Positions 20,084 through 29,944 of a DNA stretch of 64,000 bases are shown piece after piece (position 1 is the first letter of the stretch; each line of letters begins with the position of its first letter). The position numbers were made by a program, and so were the translations under genes. The notes below the pieces were generated by a model. It searched no databases and was not told the DNA's origin. It saw only the letters and a list, made by a program, of their open reading frames with translations. Source of the DNA: Qipengyuania sp. (GTDB taxonomy: Bacteria; Pseudomonadota; Alphaproteobacteria; Sphingomonadales; Sphingomonadaceae); assembly GCA_048268145.1 (NCBI GenBank), contig JBLWWC010000003.1, positions 1,522 to 65,521 of the forward strand, given 5' to 3'.

Positions 20084-21076
20084 ATGAACGAGATGACCGA
20101 CAAGAGCTTCGATCCCCACGCCAAAACCGCCCTGTCCGCGCCCGACACCACTGTCGATGTGCGCGAGACTTTCGGCGTCGATATCGATTGGCAAGTCCCC
20201 GCCTTCAGCAAGCCGGACGAGCGCACGCCCGATCTGGACGAGGCGTATGTGTTCGACAAGGACACAACGCTCGCGATCCTGGCGGGCTTCGCGCATGATC
20301 GCCGCGTGATGGTCCAGGGCTATCACGGCACGGGCAAGTCGACCCATATCGAACAGGTCGCCGCGCGCCTCAATTGGCCGTGCATTCGCATCAACCTCGA
20401 TGCGCATATCAGCCGTATCGACCTCGTCGGGCGGGATGCCATCGTGCTGCGCGACGGATTGCAGGTCACGGAATTCCGCGAAGGCCTGCTGCCATGGGCG
20501 CTCCAGCATCCGGTGGCGCTGGTGTTCGACGAATACGATGCCGGCCGCCCGGACGTGATGTTCGTGATCCAGCGCGTGCTGGAACAACAGGGCAAGCTGA
20601 CCCTGCTCGACCAGAACCGCGTGATTCGCCCCGATCCGCATTTCCGCCTGTTCGCCACCGCCAACACGGTCGGCCTGGGCGATACCAGCGGGCTGTATCA
20701 TGGCACACAGGCAATCAACCAGGGCCAGATGGACCGGTGGAATATCGTCACTGCGCTCAATTACCTGCCCGCCGAAACCGAACAGAAGATCATCGAGGCA
20801 AAGAACCCGGATGCCGACAGCCAGGTTCTTGCCAATATGATCAAGGTCGCAGACCTGTCGCGGCAAGGCTTCATCAATGGCGATATTTCCACCGTGATGA
20901 GCCCGCGTACGGTGATCACATGGGCGCAGAACTACGCGATCTTCAAGGATCTTGGCCTGTCGTTCCGCTTCTCCTTCCTCAACAAGTGCGACGAAGAAGA
21001 GCGGATGCTGGTCGCCGAATATTACCAGCGCGTGTTCGGCGAAGACCTGCCCGAAAGCGTGGTGAGGTCGAACTGA
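20084..21076 (+). CDS. cobS: Cobaltochelatase subunit CobS (AAA+)
   Basis: [45 protein letters not shown]. Confidence 0.93.
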   Translation: MNEMTDKSFDPHAKTALSAPDTTVDVRETFGVDIDWQVPAFSKPDERTPDLDEAYVFDKDTTLAILAGFAHDRRVMVQGYHGTGKSTHIEQVAARLNWPCIRINLDAHISRIDLVGRDAIVLRDGLQVTEFREGLLPWALQHPVALVFDEYDAGRPDVMFVIQRVLEQQGKLTLLDQNRVIRPDPHFRLFATANTVGLGDTSGLYHGTQAINQGQMDRWNIVTALNYLPAETEQKIIEAKNPDADSQVLANMIKVADLSRQGFINGDISTVMSPRTVITWAQNYAIFKDLGLSFRFSFLNKCDEEERMLVAEYYQRVFGEDLPESVVRSN

Positions 21077-21123
21077 CGCGCGCCTCTATCGCAGCCTGTG
21101 TTAATTCGCTAACACAGTAGCCG

Positions 21124-23277
21124 ATGGGCGTGTTCGATTCCTTTCGCCGTCGGCGCCGCGATGACGAGCCTGAGCCGCATCGCGGGTACTTCTCGCTGCA
21201 TGATGGCTTGGGCGAAGGCCCGGATTACGACGACTGGGACAGCCGCCTGGGGCGTGTGGACCATGCGATTGCCATAGAAGAGCGGCGTCGCATACCGTTC
21301 TGGCGGCGCGAGTTCTGGCTCGGTCGCCGCAAGCGCTGGTGGGCGGTGCGGATCGTGGCGGCGATCATTGCGCTGTTCATCGTGCTGGTTGCATGGCTGG
21401 CGATTACGGCGCCGCTGAACAAATCGCTCGAACCCATTGCACCGCCGCAGATCACGCTGCTGGCCGCAGACGGGACGCCGATTGCGCGCAATGGCGCGAT
21501 TACCGACGAGCCGGTCGACGTCAGCACGCTGCCGCCGCATGTGGTGGAGGCGTTCCTCGCCATCGAGGACCGGCGGTTCTATTCGCATTGGGGCATCGAT
21601 CCGCGCGGCGTGGCGCGCGCTGCTTTTACCGGCGTAGGCGGGGGCAGCACGATCACCCAGCAGCTCGCCAAGTTTACTTTTCTCACCCCCGAACAAACGC
21701 TGACCCGCAAGGCGCGCGAGGCGCTGATCGCGCTGTGGCTGGAAAGCTGGCTGACCAAGGACGAGATCCTCGAACGCTATCTCTCCAACGCCTATTTCGG
21801 CGACAATGTTTACGGCCTGCGCGCGGCGAGCATGCACTTCTTCTATCGCAAGCCGGAAAACCTTCGCCAGGAACAGGCCGCGATGCTCGCCGGGCTGGTG
21901 CAGGCCCCCAGCCGCTACAATCCGGTCAAGCATTACGAGCGTGCCGAGCGGCGCTGGCGCATGGTGCGCGATGCGATGGTTGCGGCAGGATATCTGACCG
22001 AAGCGGAGGCTGCGCGGATGCGCCCGCCCGCGCTCGATGTGCGGCTGAAAAGCGATGTGCCGACCGGGACATATTTCGCCGACTGGGCGCTTCCCGCTGC
22101 GCGGGAGCGGGCCGAAACCGGCTATTCCCGGCAGACGCTGACTACCACGCTCGACAGTCGCCTTCAGAACATCGCCCGGCGGGTGACGGGCGGCGCGCGG
22201 TTGGGCAACGCGCAGGTTGCGCTTGTCGCAATGCGCCCGAACGGTGAAGTCGTCGCGATGATCGGCGGCAAGGATTACGGCAAATCGCCTTTCAATCGTG
22301 CGACGCAGGCCAAGCGCCAGCCCGGATCGACTTTCAAGCTGTTCGTCTATCTCGCCGCGCTGCGCGGCGGGTGGGAGCCGGACGACCTCATCGACAACAC
22401 CGAGATTACCCAAGGCAGCTATCGCCCGAAAAATGCGCGTGAACGATATTCGGACCGCATCACGCTGAAAGAGGCGTTTGCCCAGTCCAGCAATGTCGCG
22501 GCGGTGCGCCTGTTCGGCGAAGTGGGGAGCGAACGCGTGATCGAAACCGCGCGCGATCTCGGCGTCAAAGCGCCGCTCACCGCAGGTGACCCCAGCCTTG
22601 CGCTCGGAACGACCAGCATGACCCTGCTCGAACTGACCGCCGCCTATGCCGCGATTGCTGGCAATTCCTATCCGGTGCGCCCGCATGGCTTTGTCGAGGA
22701 AGAGGCGAGCTGGTGGCAGACAATGTGGGACGGCCCGTCCAGCTTTTCGCGCCGTGTACACGGCGATATGGAAGCGTTGCTGCGCCACACGGTCAATGCG
22801 GGCACGGGCAAGGCGGCGATGCTGGCCGTGCCCAATTTCGGCAAGACCGGAACCACGCAGGACAACCGCGATGCGCTGTTCGTCGGCTATGCCGAAGGGC
22901 TGGTGGTCGGCGTCTGGATCGGAAATGACGACAATTCGCCGCTGAAGGGCATAAGCGGTGGCGGCATGCCGGCGCGCATCTGGAAGGATTTCATGCGGCA
23001 GGCCACTGGCGCGAAGGCCGCGCCGCGACCCGCGCCGACCGACCGTGACGATCCCGGCGGCCCGGTCGAGCCGCTCGACGTGCCGGGCCTCGACGACATC
23101 CCGCTTGATGACAACGGCTCGCGCTTGCGCATCCGCGAAGGCGAGGTGACAGTCACGACCGAGATAGAGGGTGTGCCGGTGGATATCCGCCTGGGCGAAG
23201 AAGGCGTGCGGATCGATACGGAACGGATCGATGAGGCGCGTCGCCGTCCAGAACGGGAGAATGCGCCGCCGCGCTAG
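21124..23277 (+). CDS. Class A penicillin-binding protein (transglycosylase-transpeptidase)
   Basis: EDRRFYSH, GGSTITQQL, RK..E, GSTFK (SxxK), SSN, KTGT. Confidence 0.92.
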   Translation: MGVFDSFRRRRRDDEPEPHRGYFSLHDGLGEGPDYDDWDSRLGRVDHAIAIEERRRIPFWRREFWLGRRKRWWAVRIVAAIIALFIVLVAWLAITAPLNKSLEPIAPPQITLLAADGTPIARNGAITDEPVDVSTLPPHVVEAFLAIEDRRFYSHWGIDPRGVARAAFTGVGGGSTITQQLAKFTFLTPEQTLTRKAREALIALWLESWLTKDEILERYLSNAYFGDNVYGLRAASMHFFYRKPENLRQEQAAMLAGLVQAPSRYNPVKHYERAERRWRMVRDAMVAAGYLTEAEAARMRPPALDVRLKSDVPTGTYFADWALPAARERAETGYSRQTLTTTLDSRLQNIARRVTGGARLGNAQVALVAMRPNGEVVAMIGGKDYGKSPFNRATQAKRQPGSTFKLFVYLAALRGGWEPDDLIDNTEITQGSYRPKNARERYSDRITLKEAFAQSSNVAAVRLFGEVGSERVIETARDLGVKAPLTAGDPSLALGTTSMTLLELTAAYAAIAGNSYPVRPHGFVEEEASWWQTMWDGPSSFSRRVHGDMEALLRHTVNAGTGKAAMLAVPNFGKTGTTQDNRDALFVGYAEGLVVGVWIGNDDNSPLKGISGGGMPARIWKDFMRQATGAKAAPRPAPTDRDDPGGPVEPLDVPGLDDIPLDDNGSRLRIREGEVTVTTEIEGVPVDIRLGEEGVRIDTERIDEARRRPERENAPPR

Positions 23278-23305
23278 GACGGCGGCCGGGGCGCTGCGCG
23301 GAGGC

Positions 23306-23719
23306 TTAGCCGGCGTCTGCGCGCACGATCATCACATTCATCACTGCGCTGGCAATCGCCCTCTCGGCATCGTCCTGCCACGCTTCCACACTGATATTGG
23401 CGGTGCGCCTGCCCATCTTGACAATCCGCCCGCGGGCAAAGCTCGCCTCAGTCTTTCCGGCACGCAGGAACTGGACTGTCACGTTAATCGGCTTGAGGGT
23501 GGTGGTCTCCGCTTCATCGCCGAGCCGCGCGCGCAAGGCGGCATAGCCAGCCGTTTCGAGCAGGCCGCTGATCGCCCCGCCATGAAGCGCACCTGGCCGC
23601 CCCTCCAGCCGCTCGTTGAACGGTACGGTGAGCACGGGGCCATGCTCGTCCCAATGCGCCACCTCGACGCCCAGCGAACGGGCATAGGGCGTCAGCACCT
23701 CGATTTGCGGTAGCGGCAT
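23306..23719 (-). CDS. PaaI/hotdog thioesterase
   Basis: GALHGGAISGLLE hotdog motif. Confidence 0.85.
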   Translation of the reverse strand: MPLPQIEVLTPYARSLGVEVAHWDEHGPVLTVPFNERLEGRPGALHGGAISGLLETAGYAALRARLGDEAETTTLKPINVTVQFLRAGKTEASFARGRIVKMGRRTANISVEAWQDDAERAIASAVMNVMIVRADAG

Positions 23720-23724
23720 CTTCT

Positions 23725-24195
23725 TCAGTCCCCGGCCTGTTCGGTCCCCGGCATCGGCCGATTGACGTTGATGGTCATGAAAACCGCCTGCACCATCGCG
23801 ACCGGATCCTGCGGATCGCCATCATGGGCGAACCCGCGCACGAACGCTGCCGAACGCGTCAGGCGGTAACAGGTGGAGCGTCCGAAAACACTGCTGCGCG
23901 GTTTGGCGGGGCGGATGTAATCGACCCGCAGGTCCAGCGTGGCGATGGCCTGGAATTCCCCCATCCGGGTCCAGATGGCGAGGCCGCTCGCCATGTCCAT
24001 GAGGCTGACGATGGGGCCGGAGGCCAGGATCTGCGTCTCCTCCTCGCCAACGAGGTCTTCGCGCCAGGGCAGTTCCAGCTCGACCCAGTCGGGCCCGTGT
24101 TCGCGATATTGGAGGCCGAGCCAGCCATTATGGACACGTGAAGTGAGCAGCGGTGCGGCGAGCGACGGATCGAATTTGCCGGGTTGAGAAGCCAT
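23725..24195 (-). CDS. PaaI/hotdog thioesterase
   Basis: ILASGPIVSLMD, ATLDLRVDYIRPA. Confidence 0.85.
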   Translation of the reverse strand: MASQPGKFDPSLAAPLLTSRVHNGWLGLQYREHGPDWVELELPWREDLVGEEETQILASGPIVSLMDMASGLAIWTRMGEFQAIATLDLRVDYIRPAKPRSSVFGRSTCYRLTRSAAFVRGFAHDGDPQDPVAMVQAVFMTINVNRPMPGTEQAGD

Positions 24196-24326
24196 CGCGT
24201 TTCCGCCTGCCGTGCGCCGCGCCGAATTACAATATTTTAATTTCACAGCCCCTTTCCGTGCGGCCAATTCCTGTCAAGGCAAATGACGGATCACGTCGTT
24301 TGCTTTTGAAAATAGGGAGGAATTTA

Positions 24327-24491
24327 ATGAACTTGCCGAAGATCGATCTGGACCTTCTGCCCGATCTCGATGCGGTATCGGGCGTCTTCGGGAGCCTGTC
24401 GGATTTTGCCACCGCATCGGTGGATGATCGCATGCTGGTGATCATGGTTTATCTTTATGAAACCATGCCGCCTGAACGGTTGATCGGCTGA
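24327..24491 (+). CDS. 54-aa small protein, candidate precursor peptide
   Basis: Strong RBS AGGGAGG before ATG 24327; MNLPKIDLDLLPDLDAVSGVFGSLSDFATASVDDRMLVIMVYLYETMPPERLIG. Confidence 0.75.
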   Translation: MNLPKIDLDLLPDLDAVSGVFGSLSDFATASVDDRMLVIMVYLYETMPPERLIG

Positions 24492-24510
24492 GCGGAAGGT
24501 TACGCACTCG

Positions 24511-25488
24511 ATGCGAGTCGATTCCGAGATAATGGCGCTGCGGAGCGATCCGGCTTCGCAGCGCCGCATGCACGCCCGGATGGAGGCGGCCAAGCGCGAG
24601 TGGCGGGCACGCGGCGATGTCGCCGCAGTGCTGGGCGAGCTGGCCGGATATGGTGCGGGACACAGGCTCGAGCGTGCTGCAGCGCTTGGCAGCCTCGTCA
24701 ACGACCCGGACCGCGCGGGGCGGTTCGTCGCCGGGCTGGTCGAACCTATGGGGCAAGCCCTGCACGATGCACCGCTCGGCCAGATACCGTTTCGCCATCA
24801 GCTGTCGGGCGGTATCTGCGTGGTCCAGCTGGCCGAAGCCGGTCGGGCGGCATTGTCGCTCGTCACCTACGAGGGCGCGGCGCTTGCATCGGGCGGGCCC
24901 GCGCAAAGCGTGTGCTTTTCCGATGGCGAGCTGCATGAAGTCTGTCTTGCCGGAAGCGCCACTGCGCGAATGTTCGAGATAACCCGCGATGATGGCACGC
25001 GCGCGCACATTCGCAGCGAGGCGCGAACTCTCGAGGCTGGGGCCACGCTTTGCCTTGCCGGGCCGACACAAGCCAGGCTGATCGAATGCGTCGATGGGCG
25101 GCTGGTGATGTTGCGGCTTGGCAGGGGGGCTGCCGAGCCGACGCCATCGCGCGAATTCGCGCTTGAAGGCGGTGCGCTGCTGCACCGCGCCAGCGGCTCG
25201 CGCGAGGAAAGTCGTTTGGAAATGGCGATGGCGCTGCTTGGGCGGATGGGCCGCAGGGACGCCGCGCCGCAGATCGCCGCACTGGCCGGGCAGGGCGGGG
25301 CGCATCTGCGCTGGCAGGCGGTGCGCAACTGTCTTGCGCTGGACCCTGCGCGGGGATTTCACGCACTTTGCGAGCTGGCAGGGGATGGCGATGCCGCGCT
25401 CGCCGCGCAGGCCAGAGCGCTGCGTGTGCAACTGTGTGAGACCTATCCCGCACTTGGCGGAATGGAGGTCGGCACATGCCCCGCGTAA
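24511..25488 (+). CDS. Degenerate cupin-like protein with C-terminal HEAT-like repeats
   Basis: Beta-rich middle region and C-terminal LRWQAVRNCLALDPARG..L..LAGDGD..LAAQARAL; no HxH metal motif. Confidence 0.65.
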   Translation: MRVDSEIMALRSDPASQRRMHARMEAAKREWRARGDVAAVLGELAGYGAGHRLERAAALGSLVNDPDRAGRFVAGLVEPMGQALHDAPLGQIPFRHQLSGGICVVQLAEAGRAALSLVTYEGAALASGGPAQSVCFSDGELHEVCLAGSATARMFEITRDDGTRAHIRSEARTLEAGATLCLAGPTQARLIECVDGRLVMLRLGRGAAEPTPSREFALEGGALLHRASGSREESRLEMAMALLGRMGRRDAAPQIAALAGQGGAHLRWQAVRNCLALDPARGFHALCELAGDGDAALAAQARALRVQLCETYPALGGMEVGTCPA

Positions 25489-26411
25489 TTGCCTGCGAGG
25501 ACCGGCGCAGCATCGATCTCGAAACCTGTGTCGCCATGCTTGCTGAACGGGGCTTCGATCCGGCAGACGAAGGCAGCCTCGCCGCCGCATCCGGCGCGGT
25601 CAGAAAGCTGGCGAACAATCGCGCCTTTCTCGGCGATATGCTCATCGCGCAGCTTGGCGAGGGCTTTCGCGGCGCAGGCGATGGCAGCGCCTATGGCCCG
25701 CAGGCCGTCGTATTGTCCGATGTGCGCAGTGGGTGCTTCCTGCGCGCGAACATCTGGCCATCCGAGCGCGACAGCGTGTACCGGGCGAGCGGCGCGAAGG
25801 CGTTCGTCTATGGCGTGCCGCACGATCACAATTTCAGCTTTCTGACTGTTGGCTATTTCGGGCCCGGTTACGAAAGCGATTATTACGAATACGATTACGG
25901 CGCGGCGCATGGCTATGCCGGCGAACGACCGGGCCTGCGCTTCGTCGAGCGCAGCGCGCTGGAGGAGGGCAAGATTATGCTCTACCGCGCTCACCGGGAC
26001 ATCCACTCGCAATTGCCGCCGCAAGCCATGTCGGTGTCGCTCAACATCATGCATGTCGACCCGGCCCAGGGGTGGTTCGACCAGTATGGCTTCGATCTGG
26101 CAACGGGGGCGATTACGGGTGTGCTGAACCCAACCTCTACCGAGTGCTTCCTGCGCTGCGCGGTGGGGCTGGGCGGGGAAGAGGCGGTTGCGCTGGCCGC
26201 GCATTTCGGACGCCACCACCCCAGCGACCGGATGCGGCTGGCGAGCTACGAAGCGCGCGCCATGCTGGGCGGCGATGTGGACGGATTGTGGCGCGAGGCA
26301 GAGGCCAGCGGCAGCGTGATGGTGGCGAGGGAGGCAGCCAAGCGGCGGCGCGCGCTCGAAGATGTGGGCGGGGCGGCTAGCGGGCGGTCGTGCACCCGCT
26401 TGGTCGACTAG
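25476..26411 (+). CDS. Cysteine-dioxygenase-like cupin with HEAT-like tail
   Basis: PHDHNFSFLTVGYFGPGYESDYY and RDIHSQLPP..MSVSLNI (3-His pattern); GGAGG RBS inside upstream gene, 13-nt overlap. Confidence 0.75.
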   Translation: MPRVIACEDRRSIDLETCVAMLAERGFDPADEGSLAAASGAVRKLANNRAFLGDMLIAQLGEGFRGAGDGSAYGPQAVVLSDVRSGCFLRANIWPSERDSVYRASGAKAFVYGVPHDHNFSFLTVGYFGPGYESDYYEYDYGAAHGYAGERPGLRFVERSALEEGKIMLYRAHRDIHSQLPPQAMSVSLNIMHVDPAQGWFDQYGFDLATGAITGVLNPTSTECFLRCAVGLGGEEAVALAAHFGRHHPSDRMRLASYEARAMLGGDVDGLWREAEASGSVMVAREAAKRRRALEDVGGAASGRSCTRLVD

Positions 26412-26515
26412 GTGGTGACGCTTCGAGCGCGCTCGGGAATGCCGGCACGACGGGGCTCCTTGTCCGCTGGGACAATTAGGGTCCTTTGGCCTTGTTCCAA
26501 CCGGCGAAAGGCCCT

Positions 26516-26839
26516 TCAATTGCCGCCGTTTGATTTTGCAAGGTGCCCCCTGACGTCTTCGTCCAAGAACTTGTGAAAACTAACCACACCGGACTGCAGG
26601 CCACTGTTCCCGACATATTCCACACGCGAAGCTAAATAATCCATGATTGTTCGATTGATGCGTCTCATTACCGGATCTGGCCTGTCGAATGTCTGCGGAT
26701 CGAGAGGCTTTCCAAAACCCTCCAACCTGTGTTGCAACCACTCCTCGTAAACGTCGGGATGTCCCTCCCGAAAATCGTTATAAAAGGGGCGAAGATCCTC
26801 CAAATCATGTGATCTTGGAAAAGTAAGTTTCAAAGACAT
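26516..26839 (-). CDS. Orphan 107-aa hypothetical protein, low GC
   Basis: GGGAGG RBS before ATG 26839; MSLKLTFPRSHDLEDLRPFYNDFREGHPDVYEEWL...; about 50% GC. Confidence 0.65.
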   Translation of the reverse strand: MSLKLTFPRSHDLEDLRPFYNDFREGHPDVYEEWLQHRLEGFGKPLDPQTFDRPDPVMRRINRTIMDYLASRVEYVGNSGLQSGVVSFHKFLDEDVRGHLAKSNGGN

Positions 26840-27079
26840 TCGCGCCTCCCGTTTGCTTGATTGGCTATAAAAAAGCGACGCCGCGAAAGTCGTTTGCAGG
26901 ACGACTTTTGATCGAAGTCGCGATTTTGAAAATCGTCTTTCACCCTCCAGGCTGGCTGCCTTTTCTCCCCGCTTGCTGACGCTCCAGCGCGCGTGCAATG
27001 TCACCAGCATGCACGCCATTCATTCTTTTGAAAAGGATAAGGCTACGAGTTCCAAAGCCGGTGTAAGGAGCTCTAACGG

Positions 27080-27565
27080 CTAGAGCACGCCGCCCGCCAG
27101 CCGGTCGATCGCCGCTTGCAGGATGACCGCAGCGGCGTGGCTGTCGATCCGTTCGGCGCGTTTGGCGCGGCTCATATCCTGGCCGATCATCGCCGCTTCC
27201 GCGCTCGCGGTGGACCAGCGTTCGTCCCACAACAGCACGGGCAGGTCGAACGCCTCGGCAATGTTTTTGGCATAGGCGCGGCTGGCCTGAACGCGCGCGC
27301 CATCGCTGCCATCCATATTCTTCGGCAGGCCGATCACGAAGCCGCGCACGCCGCGCTGCTCCACGATTTCCCGCAATTTCCCGCTGTCCTTGCCGAACTT
27401 GCTGCGCGGGAGGGTCTTGCCTGCGGTCGCGAAACGCCAGCCTGCATCGCAAGTCGCGAGGCCAATGGTCTTGGTTCCAAGGTCGAGCGCCAGCAGCACG
27501 CCGCCATCGGGCAGCGCATCGCCGAAATCCAGCGCAGCCTCGGTTACGAGCGCGCCGCTGCCCAT
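27080..27565 (-). CDS. ruvX: Holliday junction resolvase RuvX/YqgF
   Basis: LALDLGTKTIGLA, GLPKNMDGS, WDERWST, IDSHAAAVILQ; start approximate. Confidence 0.93.
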   Translation of the reverse strand: MGSGALVTEAALDFGDALPDGGVLLALDLGTKTIGLATCDAGWRFATAGKTLPRSKFGKDSGKLREIVEQRGVRGFVIGLPKNMDGSDGARVQASRAYAKNIAEAFDLPVLLWDERWSTASAEAAMIGQDMSRAKRAERIDSHAAAVILQAAIDRLAGGVL

Positions 27566-28782
27566 GCTTCCACTCGGCGCACGACGTCGCGCTGCACATT
27601 CTGCCAGAACAGCGGAATGTCGTAGACATGATAATTCTTGCCCGGCAGCACGCCTTCGCCAAGCTCCGGCGGATCGCCGATCAGCAGCAGGCCGCGCGCA
27701 TCGCAGCTCGCGCCCACGGCCCCCGCCCCCAGCTCGCCGCGCGTCATGCCGGTGTCGGGCACGAGTGTGCCGAGATTGTCGCCTGCAGGCGCCTCGCCGC
27801 CCACCGCGCCGGTCAGCGGATTGACGCACAGGATCGGGCCTTCGCCGCGCATCTCCCCGCTGAAGCCGGGCGTGGCGGAATAGCGGCGCATGAGGAAATC
27901 GGGATCGCCGCCATCGGCAAAGGACGACCAGGCGAGGATGCAGGCGGATTGCTCAGGTGCGGCGCATGCGGGCAGCGGCAGGCTGGGCAGGTCATGCTCG
28001 ATGGAGATGGGCCAGCCGGGGGCGTAAACCGCCGCGACCCGATCCATTGCAGGCGTGCCTTCGAGCTCTTCCATCAGCAGGCGCAGCACATGCAGGCCGC
28101 CCTGGCTGTGCCCGGCCAGCACGATGGGCTTGTCCGCATCCACGCTGTCGAGGAAATAGCGGAACGCCTCACGCACATCGGCAAAGGCGGCATCGATGGC
28201 CATTTGCGCCTCGGGCTTGTCGGTCAGGAAAGCGCCGACCGCCGCCTGACGGTATTTGGGCGCCCAGATTTCATCCGCGCGGTTGAACGGGCTGGCCAGC
28301 CCGCGCAGGAACAGGCGTGCGCGGCTGTCCGTCTCTGTGTCGCCCAGCGCAGCATTCCAGTCGCCACCTGCCTGAATATAGCTGGTGGGCGGCACGAAAA
28401 AGACCGCGAAATCCGGCACTTCGCGCGGGTCCGCCGGTTCGGCCCGGCGCGAAGATGGCGCATCGAGCGGGTCGGCCTCCTCGCCCAGCGTAAGCTCCGC
28501 CGCCGGGGCCTGCGGCGACACTTCGCGCGTGGCGGGATTTTCGGGAGCATCGGCGATGGCAGGCTGATAGCGTGCCGGATCGTCCGTGCCGATGCCGGGC
28601 CGCGAATACCACATCGCCGGGTCCTGATAAGCGTTGGGGGCGAGCGCTTCCTGCTCGACGAATTCGCCGCGCGGCACGAAGGCGATCTCGGTCGCCTCGC
28701 GCGACCAGATGGCAAGCGCGATGCCGCCGACGATCACCAGAACGATGACGAAAGCGACGAAATAGAGAAACTTACGCACCAT
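27544..28782 (-). CDS. DUF3089 domain protein (alpha/beta hydrolase-like)
   Basis: N-terminal TM anchor, APKYRQA, LAGHSQG, NYHVYDIPLFW. Confidence 0.85.
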   Translation of the reverse strand: MVRKFLYFVAFVIVLVIVGGIALAIWSREATEIAFVPRGEFVEQEALAPNAYQDPAMWYSRPGIGTDDPARYQPAIADAPENPATREVSPQAPAAELTLGEEADPLDAPSSRRAEPADPREVPDFAVFFVPPTSYIQAGGDWNAALGDTETDSRARLFLRGLASPFNRADEIWAPKYRQAAVGAFLTDKPEAQMAIDAAFADVREAFRYFLDSVDADKPIVLAGHSQGGLHVLRLLMEELEGTPAMDRVAAVYAPGWPISIEHDLPSLPLPACAAPEQSACILAWSSFADGGDPDFLMRRYSATPGFSGEMRGEGPILCVNPLTGAVGGEAPAGDNLGTLVPDTGMTRGELGAGAVGASCDARGLLLIGDPPELGEGVLPGKNYHVYDIPLFWQNVQRDVVRRVEAWAAARS

Positions 28783-29944
28783 TGGCTGCCGCCTCCGCTT
28801 TTTCGCTGGCGTCGTTTTCTTCCGCCCGGCGTTCCAGCGCGACCTTGATCATCGCCAGCAGCGGATCGGCCAGAAACAGGCCGAGAATGCCGAACAGGAT
28901 GCCCATGATAAGCTGTGCGCCCAGCACCAGCGCGGGGGCCAGATCGACCGTCTTCTTGGCGATCATCGGGATGACGACATAGCCATCGAAGTTCTGGACG
29001 AAGAAATAGACGAAGATGGTATAGAGACCCATCTCGACCCCGCCGGAGAACCCGACCAGCACCATCAATATGCCGGAGATGATGGCGCCGAGATTGGGGA
29101 TGAAGGCCAGCAGGCCGGTCAGGATCGCAAGCAGGGCCGCCATCGGCACGGGTCCGACCCCGATCAGATACCCGCCATAGTCGAGCAGGACATAGGTGAA
29201 GACGCCTTCGATGAACATGCCCAGCAGACGCCCGGCCATCAGCCGGCGCAGCGTCTTCGCCATACGGCTGGCGGTGACATAAAAGGCGGACCGGCTGGCG
29301 CGCGGCAAGATCCAGGCGACGCCACGCTCGTACAGTTGCGGTTCCAGCGCCACGTAAATGCCGATGATCGTGATCAGCACCACCGTGGTGACCCCGCCCA
29401 AAATGCCGCCGAGCGCGCGCGTGACCGTGCTGATCCCGCTGCCGATACTGCCGGCGTAGTTCTGGAGCTGGTCCTGGCTGACCTGGAAGCCCTGCGACCG
29501 CGCCCATTCGACCAGCGCGCCGACCTGCTGTTCGATAATGGTCGGGAATTGCGCCGCCTCTGCCGAAATCGTCGCCCCGGCGAAATAGCCGAGCCAGACG
29601 AGAAAGGCGACTGTTGCCACCAGCACGATGGCGACCCGCCACACGCGGGCAATATTCAGCACGCGGCCGAGAAGGCGTGCGCCGCCATCGATCATCGCGG
29701 CAAACACCATCGCGCCGAAGATCACCAGCAGCGGGCGAGCGATGTAGATCGCCAGAATGATACCGCCGATCACCGCGGCCCAGACGATGGCCCTGGCCGC
29801 CTCGAATCGCAGGCGCGGATCGGAGATGCGTGACGGACTGCTGCCCAGATCCTCTTCCGAGAGTTCCTGCGGGCTTTCGAGTTCGGGCTCTGCGGCCCCG
29901 GTGTCCTCACTCACGCGGTTATTCTCCTGCTCCCTCGCCGTCAT
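28772..29944 (-). CDS. AI-2E family transporter
   Basis: Polytopic; LAFIPNLG, VQNFDGYVVIP, GILGLFLADPL; start may be GTG 29914. Confidence 0.88.
   Translation of the reverse strand: MTAREQENNRVSEDTGAAEPELESPQELSEEDLGSSPSRISDPRLRFEAARAIVWAAVIGGIILAIYIARPLLVIFGAMVFAAMIDGGARLLGRVLNIARVWRVAIVLVATVAFLVWLGYFAGATISAEAAQFPTIIEQQVGALVEWARSQGFQVSQDQLQNYAGSIGSGISTVTRALGGILGGVTTVVLITIIGIYVALEPQLYERGVAWILPRASRSAFYVTASRMAKTLRRLMAGRLLGMFIEGVFTYVLLDYGGYLIGVGPVPMAALLAILTGLLAFIPNLGAIISGILMVLVGFSGGVEMGLYTIFVYFFVQNFDGYVVIPMIAKKTVDLAPALVLGAQLIMGILFGILGLFLADPLLAMIKVALERRAEENDASEKAEAAANGA

Noticed and set aside
20084-21076. cobS without adjacent cobT, and astD without astAB
   Set aside because: Partners may lie elsewhere in the genome; separation cannot be judged from one window
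23306-24195. Tandem PaaI thioesterases as a novel pair
   Set aside because: Paired hotdog thioesterases are common in alphaproteobacteria and are divergent from the peptide operon; no evidence of a functional link
25476-26411. Calling the HDHNF protein a transposase or the locus a mobile element
   Set aside because: No DDE or HUH transposase features, terminal repeats or target duplication; motifs fit a 3-His cupin
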